This document shows positions 19,465 through 30,474 of a stretch of DNA of 64,000 nt, piece after piece; position 1 is the stretch's first letter, and each line of letters opens with the position of its first letter. A model generated the notes under the pieces. It saw nothing but the letters and a program-made list of their open reading frames with translations. It searched no databases and was not told the origin of the DNA. The DNA comes from Aulosira sp. ZfuVER01. GTDB taxonomy: Bacteria; Cyanobacteriota; Cyanobacteriia; Cyanobacteriales; Nostocaceae. The stretch spans positions 1 through 64,000 of the forward strand of contig JAVRCV020000080.1 in the NCBI GenBank assembly GCA_034530615.2. Reading direction: 5' to 3'. The translations under genes were made by a program, and so were the position numbers.

Positions 19465-20517
19465 ATGACTACATCAATAATCAAAAATCAAAAACAAGCT
19501 TATAACCTTAGTAATTCCGACCTGAGGCTCAAAGATATAATTAAAACCTTGCCAAAGGAGTGCTTTCAGAAGAATAAGCTTAAAGCTTGGACAAAGGTAC
19601 TGATTGCTGTGGTGATGGTGGCTTTAGGCTACTTCAGCATTGCAATGTCTCCTTGGTTCTTCTTGCCTTTTGCCTGGATTTTTACAGGCACTGCTTTAAC
19701 AGGTTTTTTTGTTATCGCTCATGATTGTGGTCATCGTTCGTTTGCTAACCGTCGTTGGGTAAACGATTTGGTCGGGCATTTGTTAATGATGCCTCTAATT
19801 TACCCATTTCACAGTTGGCGTATTAAGCATAATTATCACCATAAGCATACAAACAAGCTGGATGAGGACAACGCTTGGCATCCAATTAGAACAGAAGTAT
19901 TTAAAAGTTGGGGCCCATTCCGGCAATCTGTTTTTGAAGGCTTCATGCGTAACCGCCTCTGGTGGGTAGGTTCTATTGGACATTGGGCAGTTGTACATTT
20001 TGATTGGCGTAATTTTAAAACTAAAGACCAATCAAGTGTTAAGCTTTCTGTGGCTGTAGTTGTGCTGTTTGCAGCAGTGGCGCTCCCCCTGCTCATCGCT
20101 ACAACTGGTATCTGGGGATTTGTCAAATTTTGGCTTTTACCCTGGTTGGTTTACCATTTTTGGATGAGTACTTTTACGATTGTTCACCATACTGCTTCAG
20201 ATGTACCTTTTGTGGCAGCGAACAAGTGGAATGAGGCTCTAGCGCAACTATCGGGAACTATTCACTGTGATTATCCACGCTGGGTAGAATTCCTCTGCCA
20301 CGACATCAATGTTCACGTACCTCATCATCTTTCCACTGCGATTCCTTCTTATAATCTGCGGCTAGCTTACAGCAGCATCAAAGACAATTGGGGGGATTAT
20401 CTACATGATGAAAGTAAGTTCTCTTGGGCATTAATGAAGCAAATTACAAACCAATGTCAACTGTACATTACTGATGTTGGTTATCAGACTTTTGACGACT
20501 ATTACTCAGGGCGATAA
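19465..20517 (+). CDS. desA: Delta-12 acyl-lipid desaturase
   Basis: [25 protein letters not shown]; start adjusted to ATG 19465. Confidence 0.95.
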   Translation: MTTSIIKNQKQAYNLSNSDLRLKDIIKTLPKECFQKNKLKAWTKVLIAVVMVALGYFSIAMSPWFFLPFAWIFTGTALTGFFVIAHDCGHRSFANRRWVNDLVGHLLMMPLIYPFHSWRIKHNYHHKHTNKLDEDNAWHPIRTEVFKSWGPFRQSVFEGFMRNRLWWVGSIGHWAVVHFDWRNFKTKDQSSVKLSVAVVVLFAAVALPLLIATTGIWGFVKFWLLPWLVYHFWMSTFTIVHHTASDVPFVAANKWNEALAQLSGTIHCDYPRWVEFLCHDINVHVPHHLSTAIPSYNLRLAYSSIKDNWGDYLHDESKFSWALMKQITNQCQLYITDVGYQTFDDYYSGR

Positions 20518-20766
20518 TTTAAAGATGAAGTATAACTTGGGAACCTGTATAGTCTTCCTGAAACTTGTACCCTAGTCTTTTTTGTGCCTTCGCCCTGTGA
20601 ACTATCTAAATTCTGGCAGTTTCTCTTGATGAACATTGTTCAGGAAATTGCCAGAACGTATTTTCGTGCTGGTCAGTGAACACAGAGATATCTCCATAAC
20701 TGTCCATTGCAGAGGTAACATTTCCTTGTTGAAAGCAAGGTTAGAATTTATATTTCATTGAATCCA

Positions 20767-21882
20767 GTGCCATCAAATAGTATTCCAGCAAATAGCCTTA
20801 ACGTACTCAATCTCCCTAGCTCACAATCATCTGAAGATTCCAAAAAACTACCTTTTACCCTTCAGGAATTAAAAGCTGCAATCCCCGCTGAATGCTTTCA
20901 GCCTAATTTAGGGAAATCATTTTTTTACTTTTTGCGAGACATCCTCATTATTTGTCTACTCTACGCAGTCGCTAATTATCTGGATTCTTGGTTTTTCTGG
21001 CCTGTTTTCTGGCTAATGCAAGGAACAATGTTTTGGGCTTTGTTTGTAGTTGGACATGACTGCGGACATCAATCTTTTTCTAAAAAGAAATGGCTCAATG
21101 ATTTAATTGGGCATCTTGCTCACACACCAATACTCGTCCCTTATCATGGTTGGCGAATTAGTCACAGAACCCACCACCTCAATACGGGTAATCTTGATAA
21201 TGACGAAAGTTGGTATCCTGTGAACGAATCACAGTACAAAGAAATGCCGTGGTCACAAAAGATAGGCCGATATTATGTGTTTTTCTTAGCTTATCCGGTA
21301 TATCTTTTTAAGCGTTCCCCTAATAAAAAAGGTTCCCACTTTTTGCCCAGTAGCCCACTTTTCAAATCCTCCGAGAAATGGGATGTCATTACCAGTACTG
21401 TACTTTGGACTTGCATGGTAATCTTACTTGGGTTTCTCACATATCAATGGGGTTGGATATGGTTGTTGAAAAATTACGCCGTACCATACATTGTGTTTGT
21501 AATTTGGCTAGATGTAGTGACATTCTTACATCATACTGAGCCAGATATTCCCTGGTATCGTGGGGAAGATTGGACTTTTCTCAAAGGTGCTATTTCTAGC
21601 ATTGACCGCAATTATGGTTTGATAAATCATATCCATCATGATATCGGTACTCATGTAGCTCACCATATATTCCTCAATATCCCCCACTACAATTTGCTGA
21701 AAGCAACTGAGGCAATTAAACCCGTTATGGGAGACTTGTTCCGTGAGTCTGATGAACCTGTTTGGAAGTCATTATGGCGTTCATGTTTTAGCTGTCATTT
21801 TGTACCCGATGCTGGAGGAAAAGTTTACTACACATCCAATAGTAAGTTTGCCAAAGGTTCATCAATAGACAGCCTTTTGTGA
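20767..21882 (+). CDS. desB: Omega-3 (delta-15) acyl-lipid desaturase
   Basis: LPFTLQELKAAIP, HDCGH, HRTHH, HVAHH; probable GTG start. Confidence 0.93.
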   Translation: MPSNSIPANSLNVLNLPSSQSSEDSKKLPFTLQELKAAIPAECFQPNLGKSFFYFLRDILIICLLYAVANYLDSWFFWPVFWLMQGTMFWALFVVGHDCGHQSFSKKKWLNDLIGHLAHTPILVPYHGWRISHRTHHLNTGNLDNDESWYPVNESQYKEMPWSQKIGRYYVFFLAYPVYLFKRSPNKKGSHFLPSSPLFKSSEKWDVITSTVLWTCMVILLGFLTYQWGWIWLLKNYAVPYIVFVIWLDVVTFLHHTEPDIPWYRGEDWTFLKGAISSIDRNYGLINHIHHDIGTHVAHHIFLNIPHYNLLKATEAIKPVMGDLFRESDEPVWKSLWRSCFSCHFVPDAGGKVYYTSNSKFAKGSSIDSLL

Positions 21883-21893
21883 AGTAAAGCATA

Positions 21894-21950
21894 AGCGTAG
21901 GAATAGCAATTTGAAATTTACTTTCGGTTGTATCTCTCTACGCTTTTTTT
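21894..21950 (+). terminator. Probable terminator after desB
   Basis: AGCGTAG...CTACGCT stem followed by a T-run. Confidence 0.55.
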
Positions 21951-22164
21951 AGATTTTGGCTAACTAATGCTAGCCTGATTGTTGGCAAAGATGCAAGTCT
22001 TCTAGGAATGAGTACTAAGAATAAATAGTAAAAATTATTTTTACTATTCTCTCTTTCTAAGCACGACTTTCAAGCTATTTCTAAGTTGTTAATTTTGGCA
22101 ACACAGCCTCAGGCTATGCATTTTTTGTCAATAAATTTACATTTTGTTTATCTGAGGAGTTTCT

Positions 22165-23286
22165 ATGACACAAGCACAGCTAACAAGAGTAACTTTTAAT
22201 AAAAACTTAGGTTTTAGAAAAGAACTCAATAAACGAGTTGATGCTTATTTTAAGTCAGAAAAGATTTCTACCCGGGATAATCCAGCAATGTATTTCAAAA
22301 CATTGATTATTGCAGCTTGGGTAATTTCTGCCTGGACATTTACTCTCTTCGGTCCACCGCAAATATGGCTAAAAGTGATTGGTTGTGTTGTTCTAGGGTT
22401 GGGCATTGCTGCCGTAGGATTTAGTATCGGACATGATGCTAATCATGGTGGTTACTCTAGTAAAAAATGGGTCAATAATGTCTTAGGTTTGACATATGAT
22501 GTTATTGGATTATCTAGTTATTTATGGAGATACCGCCATAATTTTTTACATCATACTTTTACAAATATATTGGGTCATGATGTGGAAATACATGGTGATG
22601 GCTTAGTTAGGATGACTCCATATATGGAGCATAAATGGTATCACTCATTTCAACACATATTTATTCTATCTATCTATACAGTCATACCAATTTATTGGTC
22701 TATTGCTGATATTCATATCATGCTGTTTAAGCGAAAATATCATTCTCATGTGATTCCTACACCTAAACCCCTAGATATGGTTATCCTTTTTGCTGGTAAA
22801 GCCATTTGGCTGGCACTTTTTCTAGGTATACCCATTGCTGTAGGATACACTCCAGTTCAGGCACTTCTAGGATTTCTCATCACTTACATGACCTATGGAT
22901 TTTGGATTTGTATAGTTTTCATGCTAGCTCATGTGATGGATACAGCAGAGTTTATCCAACCTGATTCTGAACCAGAACAAATTGATGATGAATGGGCAAT
23001 TTTTCAAGTCAGAACAACTGTTGATTTTGCTCCTAATAACCATTTCTTAAACTGGTATTTAGGTGGTCTTAACTATCAAGTTGTTCACCATTTATTTCCC
23101 CATATTTGCCATATTCACTATCCAAAAATAGCTCCAATATTGGCAGAGTTGTGTGACGAGTTTGGGGTTAAATATAATGTTTGCCCAACTTTTAGAGAAG
23201 CACTCGTTTCTAATTTTCGCTGGCTAAAATATCTAGGAACTACTCCACAAGAAGATTATAGGGTTATACCTTTAATGAAGAATTAA
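22165..23286 (+). CDS. desD: Delta-6 acyl-lipid desaturase
   Basis: HDANH, HNFLHH and QVVHHLFP boxes; GFRKELNKRVDAYF and TNILGHDVEI segments resemble cyanobacterial DesD. Confidence 0.88.
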   Translation: MTQAQLTRVTFNKNLGFRKELNKRVDAYFKSEKISTRDNPAMYFKTLIIAAWVISAWTFTLFGPPQIWLKVIGCVVLGLGIAAVGFSIGHDANHGGYSSKKWVNNVLGLTYDVIGLSSYLWRYRHNFLHHTFTNILGHDVEIHGDGLVRMTPYMEHKWYHSFQHIFILSIYTVIPIYWSIADIHIMLFKRKYHSHVIPTPKPLDMVILFAGKAIWLALFLGIPIAVGYTPVQALLGFLITYMTYGFWICIVFMLAHVMDTAEFIQPDSEPEQIDDEWAIFQVRTTVDFAPNNHFLNWYLGGLNYQVVHHLFPHICHIHYPKIAPILAELCDEFGVKYNVCPTFREALVSNFRWLKYLGTTPQEDYRVIPLMKN

Positions 23287-23460
23287 TAGAATTTTGAAAT
23301 TCTCGATCTTTGTTTAGGGATATGGCAATGCTGTATCCCTAAGTTTATACCTATAAATTTAGTAGCACTAAAAGAAAAATATGAGGAGTTAATTTTTGAT
23401 AAAGCGCATTTAAGCAGAATTTTGACTAGAAATGTGGCTACGAAAAATCAATACTAATCA

Positions 23461-23492
23461 AAAGAGCGAGTTGAATATTTAACTCGCTCTTT
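23461..23492. terminator. Bidirectional terminator-like hairpin
   Basis: AAAGAGCGAGTT...AACTCGCTCTTT perfect stem between convergent genes; a second hairpin lies at about 23313-23343. Confidence 0.7.
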
Positions 23493-23608
23493 GAACGTCA
23501 ATCTAAACAAATAGTAAAGGTGAAAATGTGTTTTTTTATCTATTAACCTTTGTAACAGGCGTACTTGATTTGACATCCCTCAATTCTCCTACATGAGCTA
23601 TTCATATC

Positions 23609-23800
23609 TTATGCTGTCTCCAACCAATCATAAATTTGCTCTAGCTGATCGAGAGTAATCAAACCATACTGCCACAGAATCATCGGTAAAGGACCGGGAT
23701 CTTGCTCCCGATGTCGCAACGCCACGGACAAAGACGCGGTAGAAATTGCCAAATCTTCTTGCAAAAAATGAATCAGCCGAGAATACTTTGATGGTGACAT
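23609..23800 (-). CDS. DUF2949 small protein
   Basis: LI.FLQEDLAI...GPLPMILWQYGLITLDQL..IYDWLE; GGAGG SD before ATG 23800. Confidence 0.88.
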   Translation of the reverse strand: MSPSKYSRLIHFLQEDLAISTASLSVALRHREQDPGPLPMILWQYGLITLDQLEQIYDWLETA

Positions 23801-24349
23801 TTGTATCTCACCTCCTTGTGCAGAGTGTATTGTCATATATCAGTTCGCCATTTTTCAGTAGCCAGTAGCCAGTATCTTATCTGTCACTATGGCATTAATA
23901 CTTAAATACCATAGCTAATTTTGTGTTAATTTACCTTAGAGAAATTTGCCTGATTTCGGTAAGGAGAAATGTTTAACTCTACGGCTACTTGCTTAATAAG
24001 TACTCAAGTAGAACTTTCTTCAGGCCAAATTGGTTTTATTTCGAGTAAAGGTAGTGTCTTATTTTAATTACACATCTGGTAACAAATATTCCTTAGCTTA
24101 TAGTCTCTTATTCGCGACTATTTACACGTACGCCAAAAGGAAGATTTTTGCAGGATGAACCTTCAAGCTTTGATTCTACTGTGGAGACAGAAGAGCTTCC
24201 AATAATTGGCCATATATTCAATAGTTGCTTTGTGATAGCACATTATACCACAACACGTGATATTTTTTTTACATTTACATCATTTATTAAGCTTTTACAA
24301 GTAGTTAAAAAATTAACTAACTAAGTCATTGCTTACGTAAATATACTGT

Positions 24350-24856
24350 TTATCGAACATTAATTTTGATACTATCACCAACCTTTAATCCTAATTCAGT
24401 AGATCGTCCAGATCGTAGTTCAATGACTGTATCAATAAGTGTATTGGGACCGTAACTAGGGCAAGGATCGCTAGTGCATGGAGGAGCAGAAGCCTTGATA
24501 TATTTGACGACTCCATTCTGTATAAAGACCATATCTAGTGGTATGAGTGTATTCTTCATCCAGAACCTAACTGGCTGTGCGGAAGGAAACTTAAATATCA
24601 TTCCCTGGTTATCGGGCAAAGATGTCCGATACATTAACCCTATCTCTTGCTGTTTTGGGGTCTGAGCCACTTCCAACTGCACTTTAGTCCCATTGGGAAC
24701 AATAGCTTCGGCAGAAATAGGTAGTTTTTGTCCAGCGGCTACTGGTGCTTGATTTTGAGTGTGGGATGTGTTGGTAGGTTTAGCTGTAGTTGGTGGAGAA
24801 CAGCCCATCAGCAAAACACTCAGCAATATCGAAAACAAACTTAGTCCACGCAACAT
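24350..24856 (-). CDS. DUF192 lipoprotein
   Basis: Lipobox LMGC; GLMYR..LP...GM.F, FWMKNT.IPLDM.F, VIEL..G motifs. Confidence 0.9.
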   Translation of the reverse strand: MLRGLSLFSILLSVLLMGCSPPTTAKPTNTSHTQNQAPVAAGQKLPISAEAIVPNGTKVQLEVAQTPKQQEIGLMYRTSLPDNQGMIFKFPSAQPVRFWMKNTLIPLDMVFIQNGVVKYIKASAPPCTSDPCPSYGPNTLIDTVIELRSGRSTELGLKVGDSIKINVR

Positions 24857-24992
24857 AAAAGTAACACTTTTGTGATTTAGATTTCGATTTTACAAAAAAT
24901 TAACGAAGAAAGCTCAGACAATTTTGGATTTTAGATTTTAAATTGGGAATTTTCTTTTGTGTTTAAGTTTTATAATATCTACTTAATTGAAT

Positions 24993-25027
24993 CAAGAATC
25001 CCACCTTTTTAAGGGTGGGATTGTCAA
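24993..25027 (+). mobile_element. Isolated IS200/IS605-like right-end relic; may serve as the nblR terminator
   Basis: CAAGAATCCCACC-tttttaag-GGTGGGATTGTCAA: subterminal hairpin ending in TCAA; no transposase nearby. Confidence 0.5.
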
Positions 25028-25067
25028 ATAATTGCTCTGTAATCTTTTTTACTCCTGACATTTGCTT

Positions 25068-25754
25068 CTAAGATTCTCTTAAAACGTAACCTACGCCACG
25101 TACTGTTTGAATGAGACGCTTTTGACCTTCGTCTTCGATTTTGAGACGCAAATAGCGAATGTATACTTCAATCACGTTTGATTCACCCATAAAGTCGTAA
25201 CCCCAAACATTTTCGAGAATTTGTTCGCGGGTTAAGACTTCACGGGGATGTTCCATTAAGAATTTTAAAAGTTCAAATTCTTTCATGGTTAAGTCAATTA
25301 TCCGTCCGTTATGTATAGCACGACGAGTTGCTATGTCTAAGACCAAATCCCCAAAACGTAACTGTTCTGTAGTGTCGATATCGGGTTTTAAGTAGAGACG
25401 AATCAGCTTCAAAAAGTCTTCTGAGCGATAAGGCTTCAGAATATAGTCATCAGCTCCGGCTTCTAAACAAGCTACGCGATCGTCAACTGTATCTCGTGCC
25501 ATAAGTACGAGTACAGGAGAACGCATACCAGCGTTTCTTAGATTTTTGCACAATGATAGTCCTGATTCGCCTGCCAGCATTCTGTCTAGAACGATTAAAG
25601 CAGGTTGGCGATCGCGACTGTATTGTAAACCGCTAGTGGCATCATGGGCCAAAATCGAGTCATAGCCAGCCTCTTGCAAATCGAAAGAAAGCTGATTGGC
25701 TAGGCTTTCATCGGTTTCAATTACTAAAACACAAGGACTGTGAGCAGTTGTCAT
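25068..25754 (-). CDS. nblR: OmpR-family response regulator NblR
   Basis: Atypical receiver (VIETDE, LDRML, LMARD) plus winged helix ESNVIEVYIRYLRLK; adjacent to nadK. Confidence 0.88.
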   Translation of the reverse strand: MTTAHSPCVLVIETDESLANQLSFDLQEAGYDSILAHDATSGLQYSRDRQPALIVLDRMLAGESGLSLCKNLRNAGMRSPVLVLMARDTVDDRVACLEAGADDYILKPYRSEDFLKLIRLYLKPDIDTTEQLRFGDLVLDIATRRAIHNGRIIDLTMKEFELLKFLMEHPREVLTREQILENVWGYDFMGESNVIEVYIRYLRLKIEDEGQKRLIQTVRGVGYVLRES

Positions 25755-26045
25755 ATTTAGATTCGGATTATGAATTATAAATTATGAATTATGAATTATG
25801 AGTTCACAATAATTTCGGTATAAGTCTCTGGTATCAGAGGTCAGACGAAAGGGAAGCTCATTGCACTTTCCGCGACTGCTGGACTTGATTGATTTATCAA
25901 AGACAATATAGCGAAAAATCCTGATTTTAAGCCCCTAAGTTTATCTGTGGGCTAATTTCATCATTCATAATTCACCATTCATAATTCGGATCTGGAAGGA
26001 AATTACCAAAATAAGCAAAAGTCAGAGTTTTGGACTCATGACTGC

Positions 26046-26963
26046 CTAAGGTAATTCTACTGAAGTGGGTTTGGCAATATGCGGTAGACCCCAGCCTAAT
26101 TTTTCTCGCAAAATCCGAAAAAACTCTGGTGGTTGCAGGCGAATAAACCGGGCACTATATTGCGATCGCTCTAAGTGCACCCGATCCTCTGGTAAAACAT
26201 AACACCCGCCATTACCATCTACTACCATCACCAGCCGAGGAATATTTACTGGGTAGATGTTTACTGGCTCTGTATCCGGAAATACTAATGCTCTAGAAGC
26301 CAAGGAATGAGGACAAATAGGCACTAGTTGCAATGCAGGTACGCCTGGGGTAACTACTGGACCACCAGCACTTAAGGAGTAAGCTGTTGAACCAGTTGGT
26401 GTGGAAACAATCACACCATCCGCCGCAATGTCAACTGGAGCATGACGCCCTACAGCAATTTCAAAATGGCACATAGAGGTCAATGGTTCTCGATGTAGCA
26501 CCATTTCATTGAGGCAGAGTGCTTCCCAAAGCACTGATTCTCCTCGCAGCACTTGGACGGTGAGCATGGCTCGTTCTTCAATTTCATACTTACCCGCCAT
26601 CGCCTGTTCCATTGCTTGAGGCAGTTGATTTAGGTAAGCTTCCGTCAAAAAACCCATGTGACCAGTATTCACTGTTAATAGTGGAATACCGTAGGAGGCT
26701 ACCTGACGAGATGCTGCTAAAACAGTGCCATCGCCCCCTAATACCACAGCAAATTCCATCTCTGAGTCAAACCCAGGTGGCGTCAGCCCATTGATTGGGG
26801 TGTGGCATACAGGACTCTCTGGGTTAGAGTAGCCCAATATCCCACCAATACTAGTTGTGATGCATACATTCCAACCGGCAGCGGTTAGCTTGTCTTTCAG
26901 TTCGATAGCGATGCGACTCGCTATCGGTTTAAGGTCATTGTAGATAATGCCTGCTTTCGGCAC
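26046..26963 (-). CDS. nadK: NAD(+) kinase
   Basis: LGGDGT, LNE and [16 protein letters not shown] motifs. Confidence 0.95.
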   Translation of the reverse strand: MPKAGIIYNDLKPIASRIAIELKDKLTAAGWNVCITTSIGGILGYSNPESPVCHTPINGLTPPGFDSEMEFAVVLGGDGTVLAASRQVASYGIPLLTVNTGHMGFLTEAYLNQLPQAMEQAMAGKYEIEERAMLTVQVLRGESVLWEALCLNEMVLHREPLTSMCHFEIAVGRHAPVDIAADGVIVSTPTGSTAYSLSAGGPVVTPGVPALQLVPICPHSLASRALVFPDTEPVNIYPVNIPRLVMVVDGNGGCYVLPEDRVHLERSQYSARFIRLQPPEFFRILREKLGWGLPHIAKPTSVELP

Positions 26964-27050
26964 ATTCAAATATCCAAGTTTAGGCGACGCTCTATATTAT
27001 GCTAATCGTTACACATTTTGGACAAAAGTCCAAAGTCAAAAGACCCTTGA

Positions 27051-28070
27051 CTATTGACCATTAACCCTTGACTCTTGACCATTAATTTTTGAAGGCTGTT
27101 TAAATGGTGTTTTTTTAGACTTCTGCTTTTTAGTTTTATTTTTCTCGTAGTCTAGCTCTTTCAGCTTTTTCATAATTCGGCTGAAGTACTCTTGCAGGTA
27201 GCTTTCTAGGGTAGTGGTTTGTTGGGGGTCTAACCCAAAGACTTGGTATACTTCATCCATTGGAGCATTTAAGGGTTTACCACTAGCCAGGACTTCTGTA
27301 AATGCGAGTCTGTCTGCTACATTCCATCCCCACTGGAAGAACCTGAGAAAACCCCGCACAGTACGCAGTAAATTTATCGGCATCCGAGTCACTCTAGCTT
27401 CTTTGCCAGAGAGACGTTCGCATACACTAATGATTTCCTCTGCACTCCAAGCACGAGTACCTACTACTGGAAAGGTTTGCTGTTCTGTTTCCGGTACACT
27501 TAATGCCCGAATAGCAAACTTAGCAATATCCTGAGTATCCATATACGCAACAGGAGAAGACTCTCCTGTTACCCAAACTGGTTGGTTTTCTAAAATCGGA
27601 ATTCCGTATTGACCGATTAACCCTTGCATAAAGCCAGCTAGGCGCAAGATGGTGTAATTCAAGCCAGACTCAGCTATAAAGAGTTCTGTGCACCGCTTAA
27701 TTTCCATCAACGGTACTTCTGGGTACTTATCAGCTTCTAGAATCGAAAAGAAGATAAAACGCTCTACACCCGCAGCCTTCGCCGCTTGGATTAGGGCTAC
27801 CTTGCCATCCCAATCCACCTGTTTGATACTCAGTGAATCTGTAGGGCGAGATGTTGCCGCATCAATAATTGCAGTTACACCTTCCAGCGCTCTTGGAAGG
27901 GTTTGGGGGTAACATAAATCTCCTGATACGAGTTCTGCACCCCATTCTTTCAGGAAAGCAGCTTTTTTGGTACTCCGGACAAGACAGCGTACCTTATACC
28001 CCTCATCGATAGCACGACGAGCCACTTGTCTTCCTAAGGTGCCAGTGGCACCGACGATTAATAATGTCAT
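27051..28070 (-). CDS. ycf39: Ycf39-like atypical SDR (PSII assembly)
   Basis: GATGTLGRQV Rossmann motif, FLKEWGAELV.GDL, VPLMEIK. Confidence 0.88.
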   Translation of the reverse strand: MTLLIVGATGTLGRQVARRAIDEGYKVRCLVRSTKKAAFLKEWGAELVSGDLCYPQTLPRALEGVTAIIDAATSRPTDSLSIKQVDWDGKVALIQAAKAAGVERFIFFSILEADKYPEVPLMEIKRCTELFIAESGLNYTILRLAGFMQGLIGQYGIPILENQPVWVTGESSPVAYMDTQDIAKFAIRALSVPETEQQTFPVVGTRAWSAEEIISVCERLSGKEARVTRMPINLLRTVRGFLRFFQWGWNVADRLAFTEVLASGKPLNAPMDEVYQVFGLDPQQTTTLESYLQEYFSRIMKKLKELDYEKNKTKKQKSKKTPFKQPSKINGQESRVNGQ

Positions 28071-28261
28071 GAGGGTTGTAACAATTTTTAAATTTATATG
28101 AAAAGAATTTTAACAGAATCGCCAACTAAACAAAAGTTTACATTTATTTTCAGAATTAATACAAGGTAATTTGTAAAAAAAGCGTTGTCCGAAAACCGGA
28201 CAAGCTATCTTGCCAGAAACGTAAAAGCCTCTGGCTTCTGAAAATCGGTGTACCAAAAGAA

Positions 28262-28366
28262 TTATTCTTCTGCACCCTGAATTTTCAGTAACAAAGCACC
28301 TATAGCCCAGCCCACGAAGATTAAACTGAAGGCTAACAGAGCTGTATTCAAAATTTCGCCACCCAT
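28262..28366 (-). CDS. petM: Cytochrome b6f subunit 7 (missing from the ORF track)
   Basis: [34 protein letters not shown], with AGGAG SD. Confidence 0.95.
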   Translation of the reverse strand: MGGEILNTALLAFSLIFVGWAIGALLLKIQGAEE

Positions 28367-28741
28367 TGGTGTTGTTCTCCTTAGCGAATGGTTTACTTGA
28401 TACTTATCGCCGTTAAACCTGCTTGTATTGGTGGCTAACGGCGAATTCTAAAGGTCGTCTTTTAGCTTGTCTGGTTTTTGGTCTGCATTAATTAGACTAG
28501 ACTTTACTGCTCTAATCTCATTTTGGCCAATCCCAAAACCTAGGTATTTTTAGTTGTACGTTCACCAAGTGCCAGAGGCAGTTCAGGTAAACTAGGTCTA
28601 CCAGAAGCTTTATAAGAGCCACTCTTGTATTAGACCAGTGTAAATAATTTTAAACCAGTTTAGCGATCAAACCCTACTATTGCTAGATGGGAAAAGGGTT
28701 AGAACGGCAAAATCTGAGAACAAAATTATGAAGTAATTATT

Positions 28742-29833
28742 ATGTATCAAGTTAATCAAAATCAGATAGTAAATTCATCTTTAGAAAATCGCCCGCGCTT
28801 GGCGCTGACATTGGGAGATCCCGGGGGAATTGGGCCAGAGGTGATTTTAAAAGCTTTGGCAGATCCAGATGTGAGTCAAAACTTTGATGTAACAGTGGTA
28901 GGCAATTTAGAGTTATTAATACAGACTTACACACAATTGACTTCTACTAATAACCTCACTGCCTTGGCAAATCCAGCCCAATTATCAGTGATTGATGTGC
29001 CATTACGTGGAGAAATTAAAGATGAAATTATCATCGGCACTGGTAATCAGGCAAGTGGTGCAGCTAGTTTTGCCTATATGGAATATGCGATCGCCCAAAC
29101 ACTAGCTGGTAACTTTGATGGTATTGTCACTGGTCCCATCGCTAAATCTGCTTGGAAAGCTGCGGGGTATAATTATCCAGGGCAAACAGAACTTTTAGCC
29201 GAAAAATCTGGTGTTGAGCGCTTTGGTATGTTATTTGTCGCGCGATCGCCTTACACTGGTTGGACACTCCGCACTTTGCTGGCGACTACACATATTCCCT
29301 TACGTCAAGTAGCAGATACTCTAACACCGCAGTTGTTAACCAAGAAACTAGATTTGTTGGTGGAGTGTTTAGAGAAAGACTTTGGCATAGAAAAAGCGAA
29401 AATTGCGATCGCCGGTTTAAATCCCCATAGCGGCGAACAGGGACAACTAGGAACAGAAGAAATAGATTGGTTAATTCCCTGGCTAGAACAACAGCGTCAA
29501 AATCGCCCACATTTACAACTAGAGGGGCCAATACCACCGGATACGATGTGGGTCAAACCTGGTCAAGCTTGGTATGGCAATACTCACAGCCAAAACCCGG
29601 CTGATGGCTACCTGGCACTTTACCACGACCAAGGCTTAATTCCTGTGAAGTTGATGGCGTTTGACCGTGCAGTTAATACTACGATAGGTCTGCCTTTTGT
29701 GAGAACTTCCCCAGATCATGGAACAGCCTTTGATATTGCGGGTAAGGGAATTGCTGACGCTACGAGTATGAAAGCTGCTATTGAGTTAGCTGCGGAGTTG
29801 GTTAGTCAAAAACTGGCATTAAAGTGTGGTTAA
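28742..29833 (+). CDS. pdxA: 4-hydroxythreonine-4-phosphate dehydrogenase
   Basis: [23 protein letters not shown] and [14 protein letters not shown] motifs. Confidence 0.96.
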   Translation: MYQVNQNQIVNSSLENRPRLALTLGDPGGIGPEVILKALADPDVSQNFDVTVVGNLELLIQTYTQLTSTNNLTALANPAQLSVIDVPLRGEIKDEIIIGTGNQASGAASFAYMEYAIAQTLAGNFDGIVTGPIAKSAWKAAGYNYPGQTELLAEKSGVERFGMLFVARSPYTGWTLRTLLATTHIPLRQVADTLTPQLLTKKLDLLVECLEKDFGIEKAKIAIAGLNPHSGEQGQLGTEEIDWLIPWLEQQRQNRPHLQLEGPIPPDTMWVKPGQAWYGNTHSQNPADGYLALYHDQGLIPVKLMAFDRAVNTTIGLPFVRTSPDHGTAFDIAGKGIADATSMKAAIELAAELVSQKLALKCG

Positions 29834-29872
29834 CAATATTAATTTGCGATATTTACAACAAGTAATGCTTAG

Positions 29873-30204
29873 TTGGATTTTAAAATTATTGGAGATATTA
29901 CCAATATTAAAATAATTGCTGTTGGTAACTCCATTGGTGAAATTGAATTATATACATAAGGATTGGATACACTATAAAAAATGGGATACCAAATGAGGAA
30001 TTCATCGTGAACAAGTTTACAAAAAGTTATCAGTCCAACGCAAAGAAGATTTACTCAGCAAAATTGCTTTAACTACCGTTGAGAACGGAGATTATTTCTT
30101 TAAACAGAAAATAGCAGAACAATATATTACAGAATACATTCGTAATTTACTTGATGCTAATACTGATGAGGAAGCATTGCAAATCTACAGTGAGGAAGTT
30201 TTGC
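29873..30204 (+). pseudogene. Decayed composite relic: N-terminus of a small hypothetical protein fused to an internal NACHT-NTPase fragment
   Basis: LDFKIIGDITNIKIIAVGNSIGEI-ELYT*GLDTL/frameshift/KKWDTK*GIHREQVYKKLSVQRKEDLLSKIALTT..GDYFFKQ..AEQYITEYIRNL; 2 stops and 1 frameshift. Confidence 0.65.
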
Positions 30205-30222
30205 TTGCTCTTTATTTAATTG

Positions 30223-30474
30223 CTAATTCTCAGGAACCTTCCAAGAACGCCCTTGACAAAACACATAACCATTTTTAATAGAAATACCAAACATCTGACG
30301 CATTATTTTGGCTGCTTCTTTCCTCTCTTCATCTGTCAAGTAATCTTCACCCTTGAAACCTGCACGATAACGTTGAGGATTACCACCAGCATCTACATAA
30401 CGCTGTTTGCCTACTTCTAAAATTTCTTGAAACCTTGCATACTTGCGTTTTTGTTCTTCATTCCAGTTTGCCAT
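30223..30474 (-). CDS. Small hypothetical protein
   Basis: Open frame with GKQRYVDAGGNP and DYLTDEERKE; function not recognised. Confidence 0.6.
   Translation of the reverse strand: MANWNEEQKRKYARFQEILEVGKQRYVDAGGNPQRYRAGFKGEDYLTDEERKEAAKIMRQMFGISIKNGYVFCQGRSWKVPEN

Noticed and set aside
22153..22160. TGAGGAGT upstream of desD as a Yfr1 site
   Set aside because: 8-nt match largely explained by an ordinary Shine-Dalgarno sequence
25768..25803. Tandem ATTATGA repeats and other heptamer arrays as a possible CRISPR
   Set aside because: 7-nt units without spacers (STRR); no cas genes
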